From an uncultured Acidobacteriota bacterium (GTDB lineage: Bacteria; Acidobacteriota; Thermoanaerobaculia; Gp7-AA8), in contig CAVUKB010000005.1 of the NCBI GenBank assembly GCA_963741955.1, positions 896,001 through 960,000 of the forward strand: a DNA stretch of 64,000 bases, in the 5' to 3' direction. Position 1 is the first letter of the stretch. The number at the start of each line of letters is the position of its first letter. Positions 43,006 through 53,731 of the stretch are shown here, in pieces. Below the pieces are notes generated by a model that worked only from the letters and a program-made list of their open reading frames with translations, made no database searches and had not been told where the DNA came from. The translations under genes and the position numbers were made by a program.

Positions 43006-43121
43006 GCCCGCATTTCTCACACCATCTCTGCTGCGGAGACGGATAGCGGTGTGTCTGCTGCGTTGCATCCAAGCCACTCTCCGCCTCCTCGCGACGAGAC
43101 GGTGTGAGAAATGCGGGCTAG
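43003..43121. mobile_element. 119-bp IS1380-derived MITE
   Basis: Perfect 21-bp inverted repeats CTAGCCCGCATTTCTCACACC, matching the adjacent IS ends. Confidence 0.8.
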
Positions 43122-43186
43122 AACTTCGATCCCGGATCCTCGATGTCTCTTGACTCCGACTGACGCTCACCTTAAGGTTAGCGCTC

Positions 43187-43402
43187 ATGGAGATACCGTC
43201 GCGAGTCTCGGTGTTCAACCAGATCCTCGAGATCAAGGGAAGCCCCGGTACGTTGATTGCGGTCGGTGCGAACGGCTACTACGAAGTCCAGCTCGAAGTA
43301 CGCGGCCGCGTCCACACGGTTCTCTTTCCGATCACCGAGACGGTGATCGTCTTCAACGAGCCGGTGACTCAGGCTACCGTCGGCGCCGAAGTCGAACGCT
43401 GA
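43187..43402 (+). CDS. Small hypothetical protein
   Basis: 71 aa with beta-strand-like composition and typical codon use. Confidence 0.6.
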   Translation: MEIPSRVSVFNQILEIKGSPGTLIAVGANGYYEVQLEVRGRVHTVLFPITETVIVFNEPVTQATVGAEVER

Positions 43403-43553
43403 TCCTCCACCCTCACCCGTCTCAGATCCACCATCCGAATTCGAAGGGAACTCTGTGGGCGTTCCTTTCGGATCCACGGCCTGCGATCCCCGCCCTGCAA
43501 TCGCAGATCTCCCTTCCAGATCCTCGATCCTCGATGCCTCGCAGATCCTCGAT

Positions 43554-43584
43554 AAAAAGGCCGGTTCCCCGAAAGGAACCGGCC
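43554..43584 (-). terminator. Intrinsic terminator after the PPIase gene
   Basis: GGCCGGTTCC/GGAACCGGCC stem followed by T5 on the minus strand. Confidence 0.75.
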
Positions 43585-43610
43585 GGATCTTCTGCATCGT
43601 TTCCGTCCGC

Positions 43611-44525
43611 TTACTGGGCGGGCGGAGGAGTCGGAGGATGCGGGGTCGGAACGGGAGTCGTTCCGAAGTACCCGTTGTCGAAGGTCGGCTTCGCCTGGTC
43701 CTGGAGGGACGAGACTTTCTTGTCGACCGCTTCCTTCCGGATGTCCTCTTCGAGCTGCTCTTTCACCTGATCGAGAGTCGGCACGGAATGCGACTCGACC
43801 TTGATGATGTGGTAGCCGTACTGGGTCCGGGTCACCGGGCTGATCTCGCCCACCTTGGTCTCGAATGCGGCTTTCTCGAACTCCGGCACCATCTGGCCTC
43901 GGGAGAATTCGCCCACGTCACCGCCGCGGGCGCCGCTTCCCTTGTCGTCCGACTCCTTCTTCGCGAGCTCGGCGAAGTCGGCGCCGGCGACGAGCTGTTT
44001 CCGGATCTCTTCAGCCTTCGCCTTTGCCCGCTCTTCCGTGAGCGCCCCTTGCTGCGGTGCCGCCGGGCTTCCCTTGAACGCGATCAGGATGTGCCGCGCA
44101 TGCACCTTCTCGAGGGTGTCCTTCTTCGCCGTGTAAGCCTTCTGGAGCTCCTCGGGAGTGACCTTCACGTCCTCGGTGAGCTTCTGAAGCTCGGCGTTCG
44201 CCAGGGCGTTCGCACGCATCATCTGCAGCTGGGTCTGGACCTCTTCACTCTTATCGAGGCCGCTCTTCTCCGCCTCGGCGGCAAGAAGCCGCATGCGGAG
44301 GTAGTCTTCCGCGAATGCTTTCTTGCCCGGGCCCATTGCGTAGGCCTGGTACTGGGCCGGGAGGGTCTTCAGCGCGGCTTCGAATTCCGACTGCCGGATC
44401 TCGACGCTTCCTGCTTTGACCACCACCGGGTCCTTGCTCGTATCGGCGGCGTCTGCAATCCACGCGATCGTTCCGACCGCCAGCATCGACACCGTCACCA
44501 TTGCAATCGTCAGCTTCTTCTTCAC
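43611..44525 (-). CDS. Exported parvulin (PpiC/PrsA-type) peptidyl-prolyl isomerase
   Basis: Signal peptide; ARHILI, FAELAKKES, GGDVG, MVPEFE and YGYHIIK motifs. Confidence 0.94.
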   Translation of the reverse strand: MKKKLTIAMVTVSMLAVGTIAWIADAADTSKDPVVVKAGSVEIRQSEFEAALKTLPAQYQAYAMGPGKKAFAEDYLRMRLLAAEAEKSGLDKSEEVQTQLQMMRANALANAELQKLTEDVKVTPEELQKAYTAKKDTLEKVHARHILIAFKGSPAAPQQGALTEERAKAKAEEIRKQLVAGADFAELAKKESDDKGSGARGGDVGEFSRGQMVPEFEKAAFETKVGEISPVTRTQYGYHIIKVESHSVPTLDQVKEQLEEDIRKEAVDKKVSSLQDQAKPTFDNGYFGTTPVPTPHPPTPPPAQ

Positions 44526-44604
44526 CTTACTCTCCTTCCAGTAGAGACAATCTCAGAACCCTGTGCTCCGGAGCCCGATTCCCGGCGGCCTCTGAACGCA
44601 GGCC

Positions 44605-45810
44605 TCAACGCAGGGTTGCCACTGCCTCCCGGATCCGGCGCACGCCCTCGCGGAGGTTCTCGAGAGAGGTGGCGTAGCTGATCCGAATGTGCTCGTCGTT
44701 TCCGAACGCGGCTCCAGGGACCACAGCGACCCGGGCTTCGTCGAGGAGGTACCGGGCGAGCGAAGTCGAATCGTCGATTCCTTTGTGTCCGTAGAGGTCC
44801 GCCACGCGAGGAAAGACGTAGAACGCACCGTCGGGCCAGGCACAGTCGACGCCGTCGATCTCGTTGAGGGCGGGAACGAGCCACTTCCGCCGCTCGACGT
44901 AAGCGTCGTACATCTTCTTCACCTCGGCGTCGCCCGACCGCAGCGCTTCCACCGCAGCGGCCTGGGAGATCGAGGCCGGATTCGAGGTCGAATGACTCTG
45001 GATCTTTCCGAGTGCGGAGATGATCTGCGGATGTGCGACCGCAAAGCCGAGGCGCCATCCGGTCATCGCATAGGTTTTCGACATCGAGTTGACGATGATC
45101 ACCGTCTCCGGAAAATCGTGAAACCATTTCACTGCCGACACGTGCCGCTGATCGTCGTAGAGAAACAGCTCGTACGTCTCGTCGTACACCAGGAAGAGCC
45201 CGCGCGACCGGCACAGCTCGACGATTTTCTCGAGCTCTCGTTCTTCGATCGCGGCACCGGTCGGATTCGAAGGCGAATTGAGAATCACTCCGCAGCTCTT
45301 CGGCGTCAGAACCTTCTCGATCGCAGCCACGGTCGGACGGAATCGCTCGGCGGCCGTGAGCTCGGCGAATACCGGTGTACCGCCTGCGAGCCGCACCTGA
45401 TCCGGAAAGCTGACCCAGTACGGCGCCGGGATCACCACCTCGTCGCCATCGCCGACGAGCGCGAGCATCAGGTTGAACAGCTCCTGCTTGCCGCCCGAAC
45501 CGGCGATCACGTTCTCCGGTTTGATCTCTACGTGATAGCGGCGGTTGTACGTCTCCGCGACCGCGCGCCGGATCTCCGGCGATCCGAGCGAGTTCGTATA
45601 CTTGGTGTATCCGGCATCGATGGCGCGTTTCGCCGCTTCGCGGATCGGCTCGGGAGTGATGAAGTCGGGCTCTCCCGGTCCGAAGTCGATCACGTCGACT
45701 CCCTGCGCAATCAGCTCACTCGCGCGATTCAGCACCAGCAGTGTCGGTGACGGCTGGATCCGCCCCACGCGATCGGAAAAACGGATCGTGCGATTGGTCA
45801 TGGTCTCCAA
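44605..45810 (-). CDS. PLP-dependent class I (aspartate) aminotransferase
   Basis: GEPDF, NSPSNPTG, DETY and SKTYAMTGWRLG motifs. Confidence 0.95.
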   Translation of the reverse strand: METMTNRTIRFSDRVGRIQPSPTLLVLNRASELIAQGVDVIDFGPGEPDFITPEPIREAAKRAIDAGYTKYTNSLGSPEIRRAVAETYNRRYHVEIKPENVIAGSGGKQELFNLMLALVGDGDEVVIPAPYWVSFPDQVRLAGGTPVFAELTAAERFRPTVAAIEKVLTPKSCGVILNSPSNPTGAAIEERELEKIVELCRSRGLFLVYDETYELFLYDDQRHVSAVKWFHDFPETVIIVNSMSKTYAMTGWRLGFAVAHPQIISALGKIQSHSTSNPASISQAAAVEALRSGDAEVKKMYDAYVERRKWLVPALNEIDGVDCAWPDGAFYVFPRVADLYGHKGIDDSTSLARYLLDEARVAVVPGAAFGNDEHIRISYATSLENLREGVRRIREAVATLR

Positions 45811-45998
45811 GAAAATTCTCCTGAGGGTTCCCGTGTGCCGGGATCTCGCATTTCATTCCGCCTCGATGGCGGCTGACCCGGATGCCTCGTTCCGATACGA
45901 CAGGCGGGGATCGTGGCGGAGATTGTATCGGTTCACCTCTCCGGACGAAACCCCGACGGATTCCCCATCGGGCCCTCCGATGTCGTAGAGTTCGGACC

Positions 45999-46745
45999 GT
46001 GACGAGCGAGAACGAGGTCATCGCGAGCCGCGACAACCGCTGGGTCCGTCGCTTGAGGAGGGCGCTCGACCTCCACCAGGAGGAGATCGTGCTGGAGGGA
46101 CCGAAACAGGTCCGCGACGCGATCCGCCTCGGTTGGACTCCTCTCGCCGTCGCGGTCACTGAGGAAGGTCCCCAGGTCGAAGCGCCTGGCGCGCATTCTC
46201 TCCGCCTCACCAGCAAGGTGATGAAGAACCTCACGGACACCGTCCACTCTCAGAGGGTTCTCGGTCTCTTCCGCAGACCGTCATCCGAGGTCGCCTCGCT
46301 CTTTCGCGCCGGGAACCTCCTGGTTGCCCTCGACGGAGTCCAGGACCCGGGCAATGTCGGAACGGTGGTCCGTCTCGCCGCGGCGTTCGAGATCGCGGGC
46401 GTCATCGTGCTTCCCGGCACCGCGGATCCTTACGCACCGAAGGCGATCCGAGCGAGCGCGGGAACGATACTCCAGACGCCCGTCGCCGCGGTCAGTCGCG
46501 AGGAGCTGATCGAGCGGACGGCGGAATCGGGTTTCGAGATCGTCGCCGCGGAAGGAGGAGCCGATGGACGTTTCGAGCCGCCGGAATCGAACGCGGTGTT
46601 CGTCTTCGGCAGTGAGGGGCGCGGCATCTCCGTGGAGATCCGTGACCACGCACGCCCACTCTCGATTCCGATCTCGTCGCGCGTCGAATCGCTCAACGTG
46701 GCCGCAGCCGCAGCGATCATTCTCTTCGAAGCGAGGAAGCGCTGA
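45999..46745 (+). CDS. TrmH/SpoU family RNA methyltransferase
   Basis: DPGNVGTVVR, FGSEGRG and ESLNVAAA motifs; GTG start 45999 inferred. Confidence 0.92.
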   Translation: MTSENEVIASRDNRWVRRLRRALDLHQEEIVLEGPKQVRDAIRLGWTPLAVAVTEEGPQVEAPGAHSLRLTSKVMKNLTDTVHSQRVLGLFRRPSSEVASLFRAGNLLVALDGVQDPGNVGTVVRLAAAFEIAGVIVLPGTADPYAPKAIRASAGTILQTPVAAVSREELIERTAESGFEIVAAEGGADGRFEPPESNAVFVFGSEGRGISVEIRDHARPLSIPISSRVESLNVAAAAAIILFEARKR

Positions 46746-46747
46746 CC

Positions 46748-47578
46748 ATGGCCGGGAGACTTCTTCTGATCGGGACGCCTATCGGCAACCTCGGTGATCT
46801 CTCTCCCCGGGCCCGAGAGGCGATGCAGCGCGTTTCGCTCCTCCTCTGTGAGGATACCCGCCACACCGGGAAGTTGCTCGAGCACTTCGGCATCGACGTC
46901 CCTCTCGAGAGTCACCACGAGCACAACGAGAGCGAAAAGCTCGAAGCGATTCTCGCCCGTCTCGAGGGCGGCGAGACTCTCGGCATCGTCAGTGACGCCG
47001 GGATGCCGCTGCTCTCCGACCCCGGCTTTCCCCTGGTTCGCGAGGCGCGACGACGCGGAATCGTGGTGGAACCGATCCCCGGACCGTTCGCCGCCGCGGT
47101 GGCGGTGAGCGCGAGCGGACTCCCTCCGATGCCGTTCGCGTTCTACGGATTCGCCCCCCACCGGAAGAATCAGCGTATCGAATTCTATCGGGAGATCGCC
47201 GGGAAGAAGATGACTGCCGCGGTTTACGAGTCGCCTCATCGGATCGTCGCATCCCTGGAGGATGCGCTCGAAGGAATGGGCGACGTGGAGATGACGCTCG
47301 CGCGCGAAATGACGAAGCTCCACGAAGAGCTGATCCACGGGAGCGTCTCCACCGTGCTGGAAGCGATCCGCGGACGCGACGCGTTGCGCGGAGAGATCAC
47401 CCTCGTCTTCGCCCCGGCCCGCGAAGTGGAGACCGCCGCAATCGATCCCGCGGTCCTGAAGGAAGAATTCCGAAAGCTTCGTGACGAAGGGATGCGCCGC
47501 GGTGACGCGATCCGAATCCTTGCCGAACGTCACGGGCTCCGGAAGAACGAGCTATATCAAGCTCTGCTCCAGGAGTGA
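46748..47578 (+). CDS. rsmI: 16S rRNA C1402 2'-O-methyltransferase
   Basis: TPIGNLGD, CEDTR, SDAGMPLLSDPG and REMTKLHEE motifs. Confidence 0.95.
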   Translation: MAGRLLLIGTPIGNLGDLSPRAREAMQRVSLLLCEDTRHTGKLLEHFGIDVPLESHHEHNESEKLEAILARLEGGETLGIVSDAGMPLLSDPGFPLVREARRRGIVVEPIPGPFAAAVAVSASGLPPMPFAFYGFAPHRKNQRIEFYREIAGKKMTAAVYESPHRIVASLEDALEGMGDVEMTLAREMTKLHEELIHGSVSTVLEAIRGRDALRGEITLVFAPAREVETAAIDPAVLKEEFRKLRDEGMRRGDAIRILAERHGLRKNELYQALLQE

Positions 47579-47632
47579 TGCGAGATCTCCGCACAGACGG
47601 GGCTGGCTCGTGCAGGAAGCGCGAAGGCCGGA

Positions 47633-48283
47633 CTACTTTCCCCTCAGGATCGACTTGGTGAACTTCATGAAGTAATCGACACCTGACCCCAGGGCGAACA
47701 CCACCACCGCCCAGAGAGCGACTTTGCTCACGAAAACGAACTCACCGAGCTCGTAGCCCATGATCAGCAGCGAGATGGCGATGATCTGCGACACCGTCTT
47801 TCCCTTGCCGAGGGGTGATGCCGCGATAGTCACGCCCTGCTGAGCCGCGATCGAGCGCAGCCCCGAGACCGCGAACTCCCGTCCGATGATGATCACCACC
47901 ATCCAGGCGGGGGCGAGGCCGATCTCCACGAGCGAAATGAACGCCGAGGAGACCAGAAGCTTGTCGGCGATCGGGTCGAGCAACATCCCGAGCCGTGTAA
48001 CCTGTCCGCTCCGCCGTGCGATGAAGCCGTCCAGGAAGTCGGTGATCGCGGCGACCAGGAAGATCGCCAGTCCGACGTATTCTTTTCCGTCGAACTTCGT
48101 CAGGAGGACCACGACCAGGAATGGGACGAGGAAGATCCGGAAGAGCGTGAGAGAGTTGGGAACGTTCCAGATCTGGCGACCGATGTCTTCGCGCCGCAGA
48201 GGATCGGGCACGAGAACGCGATCCGGATCGACCTGGTCGGGTCGGTCCGACTGCGAGTTCGGAACTGGTTCAGGCGTCGTCAC
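47633..48283 (-). CDS. pgsA: CDP-diacylglycerol--glycerol-3-phosphate phosphatidyltransferase
   Basis: PNSLTLFRI and DFLDGFIARR...G..LDPIADK motifs. Confidence 0.93.
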   Translation of the reverse strand: MTTPEPVPNSQSDRPDQVDPDRVLVPDPLRREDIGRQIWNVPNSLTLFRIFLVPFLVVVLLTKFDGKEYVGLAIFLVAAITDFLDGFIARRSGQVTRLGMLLDPIADKLLVSSAFISLVEIGLAPAWMVVIIIGREFAVSGLRSIAAQQGVTIAASPLGKGKTVSQIIAISLLIMGYELGEFVFVSKVALWAVVVFALGSGVDYFMKFTKSILRGK

Positions 48284-48349
48284 GGGTCGAGAATACCGGC
48301 TGTCTGTCGTCGTCGAAAGGCTTCAACGAAGGGAATTTACACGATGTCA

Positions 48350-48378
48350 TTGACATTGGAGTGGGCGATTTCTAGAAT
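48350..48378 (+). promoter_or_regulatory. Sigma70 promoter of tRNA-Leu
   Basis: TTGACA-17 nt-TAGAAT followed by a GC-rich discriminator. Confidence 0.85.
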
Positions 48379-48394
48379 CGCCCGCCTGACACTT

Positions 48395-48481
<87 letters not shown>

Positions 48482-48548
48482 TCTTTTCACATCCCGCCAT
48501 AACCTCAATATTCTCCCGTTTCATCCGCTTCGCACCGACCAGGGCGTC

Positions 48549-48860
48549 TCACGCAGGCTCGGCCTCGTCGAGCGATTCGAGGCTGCCGAGGATTTTCTCG
48601 ATCCGGCTCCGAATCTCCTTCCGTTCTTCCCGCAGCTGCTCGGTCTCTCCCTCCCCTTCGCGATAGCCCTCGAGCTCCGCCTCGCGCTCCTTCAGCGCCG
48701 CCTGCGTCTCCTCGAGCTTCTTCCGCAGTTTGTCCCGCTCATCCCGAAGCTGCTGGATCGTCGCGATCGCTTTCGTCACCCGCTGACTCAGGCGCCCCAG
48801 CATCTCTTCTTCTTCGGTCCCGTCGAGGACCGCTTTCCCGTTCTGCTCTTTCTTCGCCAC
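48549..48860 (-). CDS. Coiled-coil protein, ZapB-like
   Basis: Fully coiled-coil, ends IRSRIEKILGSL; downstream of pheT. Confidence 0.7.
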   Translation of the reverse strand: MAKKEQNGKAVLDGTEEEEMLGRLSQRVTKAIATIQQLRDERDKLRKKLEETQAALKEREAELEGYREGEGETEQLREERKEIRSRIEKILGSLESLDEAEPA

Positions 48861-48936
48861 TCTGATCTCCTGTCGCCCCTGCTCCGTCGGGACAGCCTTC
48901 CACCGCCGGAGCTGCTTCGAATTTTCCTGCCGATCT

Positions 48937-50964
48937 TCAGCTGCCGCTCACGACGCGCACCGGAAGGAGTTTCGACACCTTCTCCGCGACGCCGCGATGG
49001 ATCTCCGCGACTTCCTCCTGAGTGAGCGAGCGGTCGAACGCCTGATACCACATGCCGAGCGTCGTCTTCACTTCGCCTTCGCTCCCCTCGGGGACGAAAC
49101 GGTCCCAGAGTCCCACCTCACGCAGATTGGGTACGTCGAGAGACTCGACGGCTCTGACGATGGCGCCGTAGTCGAGCGACCGCTCGTGCATCAGCCCCAG
49201 CACCATCGGCACGCCCGGAAAACGTGAGACACCGGACATGGTCCACTCCGCCACCGCGCCCGCGATCGGAGCGAGATCGACTTCCGCCGCAATCACCTCA
49301 CCTTTGACTTCCAGCTTCTGCCTCACCTCGCGTGAGACCACTCCGACCCGTGCGACGGGCTTTCCGTCGAGCATGGCCACACCGGACTGGTTCTTCTGCA
49401 TCCAGCCGATCTCCGCCGGCTCGAACGAGAGCTCGATGTGAAATGCCTTCGCGAGCGCCTCCACGATCCCTTTCGCGTCGAAGAAATCCCAGGCGCGTGC
49501 CGGGTCGCCGAAGTAGTGGGTCGCGTTTCCGTAGAGAACGAACGCAGCCTGACGGCGTTCCTCGATCGCGCCGCCATTCCAGTGATAGCTCCGGCCGACC
49601 TCGAACATCGCTCCGTCGCGATTCCCATAGCTCCGGTTGAAGTTCACCGCCTGGAGCAGCCCCGGAACGATCGACAACCGCATCGACGCGATGTTCTCGG
49701 TGAGGCTGTTGGTTAGCGTCGCCGCCGCTTCGTCCGAGAAGAGCGCGTTCTCCTTCTCGTGGATGAACGAGTAGGTCACCAGCTCGGTGAGCCCGCACGC
49801 CGCGAGCACGTCCCTCACGCGGTCCTCGACTTCCGCCATTTCGTCGCGGCGTACATCGCCCGTGGTTACGCGGGGGAGCGAAGCCGGAATCTCGTCGTAG
49901 CCGAAGAACCGCAACACCTCTTCGATCAGATCCATCTCTTCGAAGACGTCGACGCGATACGTCGGTACGGTGACTTCGATCCCCTCGGCGGCGTCCGCGA
50001 CGGGCATACCGAGCCGCATGAAGAGCGACCGGGCGTAGTCGAGCGGGATCCGGCCTGCCGCCATCATCTCCAGGGTCGAAGCGCGGAGGACGATCTTCTT
50101 CGGCTCGATCTCCCTCCCGACGACGTCGATCGGCGATCCTTCGGTTCCTCCGCAGAGCTCGCGGATGATGCGCGAGGTCTCGAGGATCACGGGGAGGGTG
50201 TCGTTCGGATCGACGCCACGCTCGAAGCGGTACGACGCGTCGGTGCTGATTCCGAGCCGCCGCGCTGTCTTCCGTATCACGGCCGGTGTGAAGTGCGCGC
50301 ACTCGAGCATGATGTTGCGCGTCGAGTCGGTGATCTCGCTGTTGGCGCCGCCGATCACGCCGCCGAGAGCGACTGCGCGCTTTCCGTCGGCGATGACCAC
50401 CGTCTCGGTGTCGATCTTTCGCTGCACGCCGTCGAGAGATTCGATGACCTCACCATTCTTCCCGCGGCGCACGCGGATCGCGTTCCCTTCGACCCGCTCG
50501 AGGTCGAACGCGTGCAGAGGATGCCCGAGCGCCACCATGACGTAGTTCGTGGCATCGACGATCGCGTTGATCGGACGGAGCCCGACGGCCTCGAGGCGTC
50601 GCTTCATCACGTCGTTCGAGGGGCCGATCCTGACGCCGCGGATCACCAGGCCGGTGTAGCGACTGCACATCTCGGGCGCTTCGATCGCGATGTCGACGTC
50701 TCCCTTCGGCGAGGCGGCGACCGCCGCGGGTCGCGGGACCCGAAGCTCGCGCTCGAGCGCCGCGGAGAGCTCGCGCGCGAGGCCGAAGTGCGACATCGCA
50801 TCGATCCGGTTCGTGGTGAACTCGACCTCGAAGACGCTCTCGCCCTCGTGCGATTCGATTGCTTCGACGGCGTGCCCGATCTCGGTCAGGCGGCTGGCGA
50901 CCTCGGCGTCGGAGAGGCCGCCGAGATCAAGATAGTCTTCGAGCCAGGAGCGTACGATTTTCAT
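48937..50964 (-). CDS. pheT: Phenylalanine--tRNA ligase beta subunit, short form lacking the B2 domain
   Basis: TTNRIDAMSHFGLARE, SYRFERGVDP and DLIEEV motifs plus FDX-ACB tail; 675 aa. Confidence 0.96.
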   Translation of the reverse strand: MKIVRSWLEDYLDLGGLSDAEVASRLTEIGHAVEAIESHEGESVFEVEFTTNRIDAMSHFGLARELSAALERELRVPRPAAVAASPKGDVDIAIEAPEMCSRYTGLVIRGVRIGPSNDVMKRRLEAVGLRPINAIVDATNYVMVALGHPLHAFDLERVEGNAIRVRRGKNGEVIESLDGVQRKIDTETVVIADGKRAVALGGVIGGANSEITDSTRNIMLECAHFTPAVIRKTARRLGISTDASYRFERGVDPNDTLPVILETSRIIRELCGGTEGSPIDVVGREIEPKKIVLRASTLEMMAAGRIPLDYARSLFMRLGMPVADAAEGIEVTVPTYRVDVFEEMDLIEEVLRFFGYDEIPASLPRVTTGDVRRDEMAEVEDRVRDVLAACGLTELVTYSFIHEKENALFSDEAAATLTNSLTENIASMRLSIVPGLLQAVNFNRSYGNRDGAMFEVGRSYHWNGGAIEERRQAAFVLYGNATHYFGDPARAWDFFDAKGIVEALAKAFHIELSFEPAEIGWMQKNQSGVAMLDGKPVARVGVVSREVRQKLEVKGEVIAAEVDLAPIAGAVAEWTMSGVSRFPGVPMVLGLMHERSLDYGAIVRAVESLDVPNLREVGLWDRFVPEGSEGEVKTTLGMWYQAFDRSLTQEEVAEIHRGVAEKVSKLLPVRVVSGS

Positions 50965-51121
50965 GGCGGGCCGATTCTAAAAGAGTCGGAGAGGCGTGGC
51001 CAGCCCCGAACAGAGGAAAGTACCGATTCGTTCACGCATATCGCCACGGCAGAAGGGCGGAGCGGCCTCTCCGGGATGGCCGTCGATCCTTCCTCCGATC
51101 GAGTCTCGAGCCTTTCAGCCC

Positions 51122-51339
51122 CCATGGCCCGAACTAAAGGGGCTCTGTGGGTGTTCACAGAGCAGATGCGCGGAGTTACTGCGCATCTGCCGCAGGTGTC
51201 GTCTCGTTCCGTTCTGAAGGCGATCTGCGCGGCCACGGCGGGAGCCGTGGCGCCCCTCGGAGAGGGGATCCTTCGCTGCCCAGCAAGCTCGCGCCGACTC
51301 CCGGCTGACACGCGGATTTTGCTCAAGTTCGGGCCATTG
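51122..51339 (+). mobile_element. ~218-bp MITE, copy 1, IS4-like ends
   Basis: Inverted repeats ATGGCCCGAACT; imperfect 10-bp flanking repeat CTTTCAGCCC/CCTTCAGCCC; homologous to 53732-53949. Confidence 0.8.
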
Positions 51340-51389
51340 CCTTCAGCCCGGATCGCGCTCTGCAGCAGAAGTCCCGTGAGTAGTCCGGG

Positions 51390-52346
51390 CTAGAATTTCA
51401 CTCGGGAAAGCACCGCCTCGGCGGCATCGTGGGGGTTGTCGCGGCGGCGGACGACGTCGTCCAGCAGCTGCTGGTAGTCCGAACGGGAGATCGTCTCCCC
51501 GACCAGACGGTCCATGAACATCTGCTTGAGGCGCGTCTCGATCCGGATGCGCGCGCGGTCGCGACTGCGACGCTCCCGCTCCCCCGATCGTTCGAGGTAG
51601 TCGAAATGTTTCGCGATCTCCGCGTCGAGATCCTCGATTCCCTTCGAGAGCCAAGCGACCGTCTTCACGATCGGCGGCACCCACTCACCGTGCTCCTCGA
51701 GGAGCGAGAGCATCATCATGATCTCGGTGACGGTGCGGTCGGCCCCCGGGCGGTCGGCCTTGTTCACTGCGAAGACGTCGCCGATCTCCATGATTCCGGC
51801 CTTGATCGCCTGAATGTCGTCACCCATCCCCGGAACCAGCACCACGACATTCGTCTGCACCGTCCGGATCACTTCGACTTCGTCCTGCCCCACGCCGACC
51901 GTCTCGACCAGGACGTAGTCGAAGCCGGCAGCGTCGAGGATGTCGACCACGTCGTTGGTCGCCTGGGCGAGCCCGCCGAGGAATCCGCGTGTGGCCATGG
52001 AACGGATGTAGACGCCCGGGTCGGTGTAGAGCTGCTGCATCCGGATGCGGTCGCCGAGGATCGCCCCGCCGCTGAAGGGAGAGGTGGGGTCGACTGCGAT
52101 GATGCCCACGCGCTTGTCGTGGGTACGGTAGTAGCGGGCGAGCGCGGAGACGAGGGTCGACTTTCCGGCGCCGGGCGAACCGGTGATGCCGATGACGCGC
52201 GCCTTCCCGGTGCGAGGGTAGATCTCCGCGAGGAGTCGCGTGGCGTCGGGATCGTTCCGCTCCACGAGCGAGATCCCCTGGGCCAGGCCGCGCGTACGCC
52301 CGGCAGCGATCGAGTCGATGATTTTCTGCAGTTTCTCTTCGGACAT
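51390..52346 (-). CDS. meaB: Methylmalonyl-CoA mutase-associated GTPase MeaB
   Basis: GSPGAGKST, DPTSPFSGGAILGDRIRM, ETVGVGQ and NKAD motifs. Confidence 0.95.
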   Translation of the reverse strand: MSEEKLQKIIDSIAAGRTRGLAQGISLVERNDPDATRLLAEIYPRTGKARVIGITGSPGAGKSTLVSALARYYRTHDKRVGIIAVDPTSPFSGGAILGDRIRMQQLYTDPGVYIRSMATRGFLGGLAQATNDVVDILDAAGFDYVLVETVGVGQDEVEVIRTVQTNVVVLVPGMGDDIQAIKAGIMEIGDVFAVNKADRPGADRTVTEIMMMLSLLEEHGEWVPPIVKTVAWLSKGIEDLDAEIAKHFDYLERSGERERRSRDRARIRIETRLKQMFMDRLVGETISRSDYQQLLDDVVRRRDNPHDAAEAVLSRVKF

Positions 52347-52401
52347 TGCGGAGAAGCGGCCGCCGCGGCCCGGAAGCCGCGGCGCACCGGATGCGCTGAG
52401 C

Positions 52402-53544
52402 TTATTCGGAGAGGAGATTCCGTGCAATGACGAGCCGCTGGATCTCGCTCGTCCCTTCGCCGATGGTGCAGAGCTTCACGTCGCGGTAGTACTTCTCCGC
52501 CGGATACTCCTTGATGAATCCGTATCCGCCGAAGATCTGGACTCCCTTCTCCGTCGCCCGGACGGCGACCTCGGAGGCGTAGAGCTTCGCCATCGCGGAC
52601 GGCTGGGTCGTCTTCTCGCCGGAGTCCTTCAGTGCCGCAGCGCGGTAGCAGAGGAGACGCGCCGCTTCGATCTCCGTCGCCATGTCGGCGAGCATGAACT
52701 GGATCGCCTGGAACCCGGCGATCGGCTGCCCGAACGCGGTCCGCTGCTTCGCATAGTCACGCGCCGAGTCGTATGCGCCTCGCGCGATGCCGAGGGCGAT
52801 CGCGGCGATTGAAATGCGCCCTCCGTCGAGAACCTTCATCGCGTCGATGAATCCGTGGCCGACTTTCCCGAGCACGTTCGCGTTCGGCACGCGGCAGTCT
52901 TCCATCACCAGTTCGGAGGTGTCGGAAGCACGCATCCCGAGCTTGTTCTCTTTCTTCCCGGCCTTGATTCCCTTCCGGTCCATCTCGATCGCAAACGCAG
53001 TGATGCCGTGCTTCCGGTCGTTCGGATCGGTGACCGCGAGAACCACCGCGATGTTCGCGTAACGCGCATTGGTGATGAAGTTCTTGGTTCCGTTCACCAC
53101 CCAGTCGTCGCCGTCTTTCACCGCTGTGGTGCGCATTCCTGAAGCGTCGCTTCCGGAGCCCGGCTCGGTGAGACCCCAGCAGCCGATCCACTCACCGCTG
53201 GCGAGCTTCGGGACCCACTTCTTCTTCTGCTCTTCGTTGCCGGCGAGATAGATGTGCCCGGTGCAGAGGGAGTTGTGCGCGGCGACGATGAGGGCGACGG
53301 AGCTGTCGACGGCTGCCAGCTCTTCCATCGCGTTCACGTAATCGACGTAGCTCAATCCCGACCCGCCGTACTCCTCGGGAAAAATGATCCCGAGCATCCC
53401 GAGCTCGCCGAGCTTCTTCACCACGTCGAGCGGAAACTCCTGCTTCTCGTCCCACTCCATCACGTGCGGTTTGATCTCGCCCACGGCGAAATCGCGAACC
53501 ATCTCTTTGACCTGCTTCTGCTCGTCGTTCAGACGGAAATCCAT
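52402..53544 (-). CDS. Acyl-CoA dehydrogenase
   Basis: [19 protein letters not shown] and [10 protein letters not shown] motifs. Confidence 0.95.
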   Translation of the reverse strand: MDFRLNDEQKQVKEMVRDFAVGEIKPHVMEWDEKQEFPLDVVKKLGELGMLGIIFPEEYGGSGLSYVDYVNAMEELAAVDSSVALIVAAHNSLCTGHIYLAGNEEQKKKWVPKLASGEWIGCWGLTEPGSGSDASGMRTTAVKDGDDWVVNGTKNFITNARYANIAVVLAVTDPNDRKHGITAFAIEMDRKGIKAGKKENKLGMRASDTSELVMEDCRVPNANVLGKVGHGFIDAMKVLDGGRISIAAIALGIARGAYDSARDYAKQRTAFGQPIAGFQAIQFMLADMATEIEAARLLCYRAAALKDSGEKTTQPSAMAKLYASEVAVRATEKGVQIFGGYGFIKEYPAEKYYRDVKLCTIGEGTSEIQRLVIARNLLSE

Positions 53545-53731
53545 TCCTGTCTCCTCGGCTGGTTTCGTTGCGGGGGGCACCGTTCCGGGCGCGTCAGAAG
53601 GCTCACCAGGAGGTGGGAGCGGTCGTGGCGCATCCGGTGCGGCGCATTCTATCGTCTGACCGCGAAAGAGGCCAGCCGGGGAAAAGCCGGGGCGCGGAGG
53701 GGGCCGGCGGCGGGTACAGTCTCTCCAGCCG

